Shown: in pieces, positions 18,911 to 24,490 of the stretch
How the letters are laid out: the number at the start of each line of letters is the position of its first letter
How positions within the stretch are numbered: position 1 is the stretch's first letter
Assembly: GCF_051307035.1 (NCBI RefSeq)
Contig: NZ_CP195536.1
Coordinates: 180,001 to 212,000 of the forward strand
Direction of reading: 5' to 3'
DNA from: Psychrobacter sp. DM4
GTDB taxonomy: Bacteria; Pseudomonadota; Gammaproteobacteria; Pseudomonadales; Moraxellaceae
DNA length: 32,000 nucleotides
Translations under genes and position numbers: made by a program
The notes under the pieces: model-generated
Database searches by the model: none
What the model saw: the letters and a program-made list of their open reading frames with translations, nothing else
Told to the model about the DNA's origin: nothing

Positions 18911-19321
18911 GCTAAAGTATCCTAAGCGTAAAAAGCTATGATAAGGGATAAACACATCATTAACAAATTTGTACCGACAGCGGTTATTACCTGTAACCTA
19001 AACGCTAGTCAACGCCATAGCAGTTAGGTAAACTGTGGTCACAAAGAACGATAGTCCTCTAGGCGAGGGCTACTATCAATAATGCTTAACTGATAGTGTC
19101 AAACTGATAGTGCTTGACGATTAAAAATCCCTAATGACCAAAAACTACTTGATGATTGGCGCAATTATTGCATTTACCTATCGTATTGATAATGTGATCG
19201 ATACTCTTAGACCGTCTATATTAATGTGCAAGTACTGCAATATAATTTTGAGCGTTATCATCCTAGACCTTATAACAATAAGCTTTGTCACGACAAGCTT
19301 CTAAGTGTGAGTAAACAACCC

Positions 19322-19966
19322 ATGTGGAACACCCCTTTACAGACTTTTATGGTCACTATAATGATGGCAGCTGGCCTCTCACTGAGCGCTTGCAATAGCT
19401 CTGAGCCAGAGGTGAGTGAGACCAATACCTTAGACAATAGCGAAGAACAGGTAGTTGCTGACGCTTCAGATTCTGCCAGTACTGACCTAGATGGCGCTGT
19501 GAGTGATCAAGGCACGCCTGTTGTTTACGAGGTGTCCACTTGGAACACTGATGCCGTTACTTCTTTAAAGATAAATGATCTAAAGGCGATTACTACCACT
19601 TTAGGCAGTGTGGTCACAACTGATGAGAATAGCTTGGACTACGCCAGTAATCCGGCGTCTAAATACCGCTTGATGGCTGCAGACCAGCCCTATTTGGATC
19701 TGATTGATTCGGATAAGTATCTGGAGCTTGGCTGGTACTATGCCAACCCAACAGACTCAGACGCCGAAAAAGAACTAAGCCTCAACCATGCCAAAAAATC
19801 CAATACAGTCATGCGCCAGCTGATGGGAGACGACGGCAGTAAGCTACTTGCCAATATATTAAGCGGTCAAATCATCAAAAACGAGACCATCGGTGGTCAA
19901 AAAGTTGAGCTGGCCAAATGCGAGTTTTATAGCTGTATGCTGATACTCAATAAGTCAGGCGCTTAA
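19322..19966 (+). CDS. Lipoprotein of unknown function
   Basis: The internal Met at 19322 gives MWNTPLQTFMVTIMMAAGLSLSAC with a lipobox (LSAC), followed by an acidic Ser/Asp-rich linker. The stop lies 18 nt before pabC. Confidence 0.6.
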   Translation: MWNTPLQTFMVTIMMAAGLSLSACNSSEPEVSETNTLDNSEEQVVADASDSASTDLDGAVSDQGTPVVYEVSTWNTDAVTSLKINDLKAITTTLGSVVTTDENSLDYASNPASKYRLMAADQPYLDLIDSDKYLELGWYYANPTDSDAEKELSLNHAKKSNTVMRQLMGDDGSKLLANILSGQIIKNETIGGQKVELAKCEFYSCMLILNKSGA

Positions 19967-19984
19967 ACTTGTGATAAATGAGCC

Positions 19985-20977
19985 ATGAATGTTCAGTCTA
20001 ACGCTTGGGTACGTCTTACGATTCAAGATGACGTAATAAGAACTGAGGACATAACGCCAGACAATCGCGGCATGGCTTATGGTGATGGGTTCTTTACCAC
20101 TATGGGCGTCATGGACGGCGCGATACTTTGGCAAAACTACCATGTCGCACGCTTGATATCGCATAGCGCGGCATTAGAGCTGAGCGTAAACGCGCAAACT
20201 CTGATAGTTGAGTTACAACCTTTCGCTCAGCGTCTTAACCAAGGTATTCTCAAACTTATCATTACTCGCACGCCGCAGCACATACGCGGTTATGGCTATA
20301 CGCCTGATAGCTTGGGGCAAACTTGCGCGATTTGGCTCAAATCATCCGCGCTACCGATTGCGCCTTTAGACTATCTATCACTGCTAGATGGGCGCGCTAT
20401 ATTTCAGCAGCCCGCTAAACGCGCTATCTGCTTATCCGCGCAACTTGCCTGCCTACCACCGCCACTCGCTGGACTCAAAACCCTCAATCGACTCGATAGT
20501 GTGCTGGCGAGTGGCGAGTTACAACGCCTGCAAGAGGGCTTGCAAGAACGTCTGCAAACACGCAAGCAAGCGCAAACCCCAAACGTCGATAACCAATGGG
20601 GTGAAGGGCTGGTACGTGATATGCGTGGTCAGTGGGTTGAGGGTACGATGAGCAATGTGTTCTATCAGCTCATAGATGCTGGCGATAAGGTAAAGATGAG
20701 CGGTGACCCAGTCGCAAATATAGCCTACTCGATAGATAACTTGACAAGCGGTCAATGGTATACGCCATCGATGATGCATTCAGGGGTTGCAGGAATTATG
20801 CGTCAAGTTATCATTGATGCCCTAGCTACGACGGGTAAGCCTGTCATCATCCGTCCGCTGCTAGATGAGGATTTGCCACAATTAAACCAGCTGTTCTTTT
20901 GCAATGCGGTACGCGGCGTTATGCCTGTGTCTGATTTGACGTTGTTAACGGGTGAGGTGGTGGCTTTATCTCTATAA
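19985..20977 (+). CDS. pabC: Aminodeoxychorismate lyase PabC (class IV aminotransferase fold)
   Basis: It has 'NRGMAYGDGFFTT' near the N-terminus and 'GIMRQ' plus 'FFCNAVRGVMPV' near the C-terminus. It occupies the classical position upstream of mltG-tmk. Confidence 0.8.
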   Translation: MNVQSNAWVRLTIQDDVIRTEDITPDNRGMAYGDGFFTTMGVMDGAILWQNYHVARLISHSAALELSVNAQTLIVELQPFAQRLNQGILKLIITRTPQHIRGYGYTPDSLGQTCAIWLKSSALPIAPLDYLSLLDGRAIFQQPAKRAICLSAQLACLPPPLAGLKTLNRLDSVLASGELQRLQEGLQERLQTRKQAQTPNVDNQWGEGLVRDMRGQWVEGTMSNVFYQLIDAGDKVKMSGDPVANIAYSIDNLTSGQWYTPSMMHSGVAGIMRQVIIDALATTGKPVIIRPLLDEDLPQLNQLFFCNAVRGVMPVSDLTLLTGEVVALSL

Positions 20978-20980
20978 ATC

Positions 20981-21172
20981 TTACTTCTTATCAAAAATAT
21001 TAAATTGGGTGTCTATTAAATCGTCGTAGTCCAGTTGGATATCTTCGTTTCTATACTTTTCTTGGGCCTCTAAAATCGCTGATGATTCCTCTTGAGCGAC
21101 TACTTCTATAATAGCGCTCATCGTCTCCACTATTTCTACCTCGTAAGTGTATAAGTCTTTTTTAATCGTCAT
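20981..21172 (-). CDS. Small acidic DpnD/PcfM-like protein
   Basis: MTIKKDLYTYEVEIVETMSAIIEVVAQEESSAILEAQEKYRNEDIQLDYDDLIDTQF fits my recollection of the DpnD/PcfM pattern (Y.VEI.E......V.A.....A......Y.NE.I.LD.DD). It lies downstream of the DpnI-like gene, as in the pneumococcal cassette. The ATG at 21172 has a GAGAG Shine-Dalgarno; the tracked start at 21196 is TTG. Confidence 0.5.
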   Translation of the reverse strand: MTIKKDLYTYEVEIVETMSAIIEVVAQEESSAILEAQEKYRNEDIQLDYDDLIDTQFNIFDKK

Positions 21173-21207
21173 TATTTCTCTCACTTTTGCTATCAATTTG
21201 TGCTAAT

Positions 21208-21308
21208 GATCCTAGCAAAAACCATTTGGAGAAGTGATCGCATAATGTAGAGAGATGATCGTCTTTTGTTAATCACGCTTGCGTCATGATGCTAATCGAT
21301 CAATGATC
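21208..21308. promoter_or_regulatory. Cluster of five GATC sites in the spacer between the DpnI-like and DpnD-like genes
   Basis: GATC occurs at 21208, 21236, 21257, 21298 and 21305. TGCTAAT(C)GATC is repeated at 21201-21211 and 21290-21301. I found no GATC by eye elsewhere in 20978-22312. Confidence 0.6.
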
Positions 21309-21372
21309 ACTTTCAACAAAATACGGTTAAAAGGACAGGGTCATGCGTTCAGTATATGAAAATGAAAAGCGT

Positions 21373-22137
21373 CTAGTATGATTTTTGATAATGTCCACGG
21401 CTTGAAAACTCGATGATGCCTTTATCACGCAAGATTTGTAGTTGCTGGCGAATTTTGGGATGGATGTGTTTGTTGTTGGGATGTTTAAGACTTAACTCAT
21501 TAGCAAACGCATAAACTTGTTGGAGGGTGAATCTGTCACCCAACCTATCAATACAGTGCCAGACGTCCAACGTCCAGCCGCGTGAGGTTATCGACTGCTC
21601 CCGCAAAAACAAGGTTTTTTGAAACTGCTCAGTGACATTTTTACGAGGTATAACTTGTCTATCTTTGACCAAAAACACTTTACCAGAGTCAGGGATTTTG
21701 CGCAAATCAATATTGCAACCAACCCAGCTAGCACGCTTTGCTGTTGGCGCTAAGGGCTTACGTTTAATAATCATGTCAGGAGTAAAAAATTGCTTGGGAA
21801 TAATTAAGAAGTTATTGACGGTAAATTGTGGCGAGTAAGTCAAAAAGAAAAAGCTTGGATTATCCTTACTGTTAATGCGCTCAATCATCGTGGTATAAGC
21901 GCCATCATTGACGATATTGCTCAATTTTGCCTTTTTACTTTTTAACTCATATTGCTCAGTACAATTTGTACAATAAAAATCAGCAACGGGCTTACCATTT
22001 GCAAATTCCGATAGCGGCTGGTTGTTACAGTTAGGGCAATAACTTTGCTTGGCGACCCAGTCTTCACTGAGCACTCTTATGATTTGGCTAGGTGATTTGT
22101 AGTTTTTGGCAAGACTTTGGTTAAAGTTTAGATTCAT
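21373..22137 (-). CDS. dpnC: DpnI-family methyl-directed type IIM restriction endonuclease (G(m6A)TC-specific family)
   Basis: It is collinear with my recollection of S. pneumoniae DpnI from residue 1: 'YKS.SQ..R.L.EDWV..QSYCPNC.N.PL..F.N..PVADFYC..C.E..ELKSKK', 'NDGAY.TM..R......P.FFFLTY', 'RKPLAPTA.RA.W.GCNIDL' and a C-terminal winged-helix 'IRQQLQILRDK.IIEF'. Its 254 aa matches the DpnI length. Confidence 0.85.
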   Translation of the reverse strand: MNLNFNQSLAKNYKSPSQIIRVLSEDWVAKQSYCPNCNNQPLSEFANGKPVADFYCTNCTEQYELKSKKAKLSNIVNDGAYTTMIERINSKDNPSFFFLTYSPQFTVNNFLIIPKQFFTPDMIIKRKPLAPTAKRASWVGCNIDLRKIPDSGKVFLVKDRQVIPRKNVTEQFQKTLFLREQSITSRGWTLDVWHCIDRLGDRFTLQQVYAFANELSLKHPNNKHIHPKIRQQLQILRDKGIIEFSSRGHYQKSY

Positions 22138-22255
22138 AGGAGGTTATCGTCGAAACGCTGAGAATGTCTTTATAGAAGTATAAATAAAATGATGACTAAT
22201 AGGCTATATATCTTGTCTTAAACGCCAAGTTAATCCACAAGCTAAGCAAATGCCA

Positions 22256-22284
22256 TTGAAAACCTGACGGTTCAGTGCTAAATT
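22256..22284 (+). promoter_or_regulatory. Candidate sigma70 promoter for mltG
   Basis: TTGAAA (22256-22261), a 17-nt spacer, then TAAATT (22279-22284), about 29 nt upstream of the mltG ATG. Confidence 0.35.
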
Positions 22285-22312
22285 CTAGCAAACATCTGCC
22301 TTTAGAGTTGCC

Positions 22313-23620
22313 ATGAGCACGCCGACACCCGAAACACCGCCTAATAAAGTCAACGACACTGATGAGACCTCATCTAACAATTCAAAAAATGACGTAGGCC
22401 ATGACACTAGCACTGATAATAAGCACATCGATGCGACCGCTAGCCAGCCATTGAGTACTGAAGTCGAGGACAAGGCACCAGCGACGGATATCTCTTTGGT
22501 CAGCGGTCAAACTAAACCCCGCAAGTACAAAAAAGATAACCCCTCGTTCTTTATGCAACGTGGCTACCAGATATTACTCGTCCTTGGACTCATAGCAGCG
22601 TTTTTGCTCGTGATAGTTTATCAGACCTTGTTTGGGCGCATCACTCAGCCCGCGCAAAAGGTCACCATTGAGCAGGGCGATACTTATTATGGCTTATTGC
22701 CGCAGTGGCAACAGCAGATTCCGCTGTTTTCAGCGACGATTGGCAAGCTGTATATCAAATCACAAGTTGACGCGCCCTTGCACGCAGGGATTTATCAGCT
22801 ACCTGACAACCCAACGATGGCAGAGGTGCTACAAGTACTAGAGCAAGGCGCAAAAGTGGCGATGGTCAAGGTACAAGTCATCGAAGGCAAAACCGCAAAC
22901 GATCTGTATCAGAATCTACGTGACAATCCAGGCATCAAAAAAGAAGTACTTATAGCAGACGCGGACAACCAGAGCATCGCTGCGGCGCTAGATTTGGTCG
23001 GTATCTTGCCAGACTCAGTAACGTCTAGTAATGATCCTATCGTCAGCTATAATCTAGAGGGTTGGTTCACCCCAGACACCTACTACTACGGCGAGGGCGC
23101 TACGGACACGCAAGTACTCACCGATCTGTATAAGCGCCAGCAACAGGCATTGACCAAAGCGTGGGAAAACCGCGCACCGGACTTGCCTTATGAGACGCCA
23201 TATCAAGCGCTGGTGATGGCCTCTATCATCGAAAAAGAAACCAGCGTGGCCGAGGAGCGTCCACTAGTTTCAGCGGTCTTTAACAACCGCTTGAAAAAAG
23301 GCATGCGCATGCAAACGGATCCGACCATTATCTATGGTATGGGTAGCCGCTATGATGGCAATATTCGCCGCGCTGACATCGATGAAAAGACAGGGTATAA
23401 CACTTATCAGATTGATGGTTTGCCGCCAACGCCTATCTCTTTGCCATCGCCTACCTCTATTGAGGCGACTTTGCATCCAGCGGATAGTGAAGCTCTATAC
23501 TTTGTAGCGACAGGAACGGGCGGGCACAAATTTACCAATAACTTGGCAGATCATAACCGCGCGGTACAAGAATACCTCAAAGTCATGCGTGAGAAAAAGT
23601 CACAGACGCCGCCAGAATAA
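22313..23620 (+). CDS. mltG: Endolytic murein transglycosylase MltG (YceG family) with a long polar N-terminal extension
   Basis: It has a single TM helix 'ILLVLGLIAAFLLVIVY' followed by a YceG domain ('LVMASIIEKET', 'VFNNRLKKGMRMQTDPT.IYG', 'YNTY...GLPP.PI..P'). Confidence 0.9.
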   Translation: MSTPTPETPPNKVNDTDETSSNNSKNDVGHDTSTDNKHIDATASQPLSTEVEDKAPATDISLVSGQTKPRKYKKDNPSFFMQRGYQILLVLGLIAAFLLVIVYQTLFGRITQPAQKVTIEQGDTYYGLLPQWQQQIPLFSATIGKLYIKSQVDAPLHAGIYQLPDNPTMAEVLQVLEQGAKVAMVKVQVIEGKTANDLYQNLRDNPGIKKEVLIADADNQSIAAALDLVGILPDSVTSSNDPIVSYNLEGWFTPDTYYYGEGATDTQVLTDLYKRQQQALTKAWENRAPDLPYETPYQALVMASIIEKETSVAEERPLVSAVFNNRLKKGMRMQTDPTIIYGMGSRYDGNIRRADIDEKTGYNTYQIDGLPPTPISLPSPTSIEATLHPADSEALYFVATGTGGHKFTNNLADHNRAVQEYLKVMREKKSQTPPE

Positions 23621-23626
23621 AGGCGT

Positions 23627-23659
23627 GCGCTTGCCAATGTTACTCTATCCGGCAAGCGC
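23627..23659 (+). other. GC-rich stem-loop between mltG and tmk
   Basis: Perfect 9-bp inverted repeat gcgcttgcc (23627-23635) and ggcaagcgc (23651-23659) with a 15-nt loop. No clear U-run follows. Confidence 0.4.
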
Positions 23660-23719
23660 CGCTTTGATGATGCGGTCAATTCTAAAGTTCGTCACTAATT
23701 TTGTAAATAAGGCTATTTT

Positions 23720-24391
23720 ATGCCAGCACTACCAAGCAGCTCTACGCAAACGGCGTCCAATAAGGGGCGCTTTATTAGTTTTGAGGGTACTGAAGGCGTC
23801 GGTAAGACAACGGCCATTGATAATCTTTGCAATCAACTACAAACAGCGGGTATTGATCATATTCGGACCCGTGAGCCAGGGGGTAGCCCATTCGCTGAGT
23901 GCCTGCGCACTATACTCCTCGACCCTATGACCAACATTAATGATGACACCGAGCTGTTACTACTATTCGCCGCGCGCTGCGACCATATAGAGCAAGTGAT
24001 TATGCCAGCGCTGGCACGCGGTACTTGGGTTATCTGCGATCGTTTTGTCGACTCGACGATGGCGTATCAAGGCTACGGCCGCACGTATGGTGAGCCGCTG
24101 GTACTCTCAAAAATAGAGCAGCTCACTGAGCAGTTTATTCCGTATTTACCAGATCTAACACTATGGCTTGATTTGCCGGTACTTGAGGGCATGGCTCGAG
24201 CAGGCAAGCGTAGCACCGCCGACCGTTTTGAGCAGCAGGCAACAGAGTTTTTTACCCGTGTGCACGAAGGGTTTACGGCTTTGGCTGCCGCGCATCCCGA
24301 GCGCATCTATCGCATAGAGGCCACTGGTAGCAGTGAAAAGGTTGGCGCGCGGGTATGGCAAGCTGTTGAGAATAAATTTGATATGGCTTAG
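23720..24391 (+). CDS. tmk: Thymidylate kinase
   Basis: It has the P-loop 'GRFISFEGTEGVGKTT', the 'DR' motif 'CDRFVDSTMAYQG', and a lid region. Confidence 0.93.
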   Translation: MPALPSSSTQTASNKGRFISFEGTEGVGKTTAIDNLCNQLQTAGIDHIRTREPGGSPFAECLRTILLDPMTNINDDTELLLLFAARCDHIEQVIMPALARGTWVICDRFVDSTMAYQGYGRTYGEPLVLSKIEQLTEQFIPYLPDLTLWLDLPVLEGMARAGKRSTADRFEQQATEFFTRVHEGFTALAAAHPERIYRIEATGSSEKVGARVWQAVENKFDMA

Positions 24392-24417
24392 CACATCAGC
24401 TCTCTAGTGTGCAAAAC

Positions 24418-24452
24418 AAAGCCCCAGCACTGATTGGGTGCTGGGGCTTTTT
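24418..24452. terminator. Bidirectional rho-independent terminator between tmk and the antiporter gene
   Basis: Stem gccccagcac (24421-24430) pairs with gtgctggggc (24438-24447). T-rich tracts follow on both strands. Confidence 0.88.
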
Positions 24453-24490
24453 AGCATATAGACAGTATCAATAAATGATAAATAGAGCTA

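Larger units (their letters stand above)
20978..22312. other. Low-GC accessory islet (DpnI/DpnD-type cassette) inserted between pabC and mltG
   Basis: It holds two opposite-strand genes between genes that are normally adjacent. A hand-counted line inside the islet (21781-21840) has 19/60 G+C, against 34/60 in pabC (20401-20460). No mobility genes are present. Confidence 0.7.

Noticed and set aside
20388-20779. 86-87-aa ORFs on both strands within pabC
   Set aside because: They arise from the (c/t)tgcaa(g/a) quasi-repeat in pabC, which is open in several frames. The PabC frame carries the conserved motifs.
21343-21381. 12-codon plus-strand ORF (MRSVYENEKRLV) with an AAGGA upstream, overlapping the 3' end of the endonuclease gene
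   Set aside because: It is too short to support from sequence alone. I note it only because it sits in the GATC-rich spacer.
20978-22225. Possible flanking direct repeats of the DpnI islet (atcttacttcttatc near 20978 versus atatcttgtcttaaac near 22207)
   Set aside because: The similarity is short and imperfect, the second copy is not at the gene-defined border, and no recombinase is present. This is not enough evidence for a target-site duplication.
23589-23930. 113-aa ORF bridging the mltG end and the tmk start
   Set aside because: It is out of frame with two well-supported genes and has no motifs. tmk has its own clear P-loop frame.
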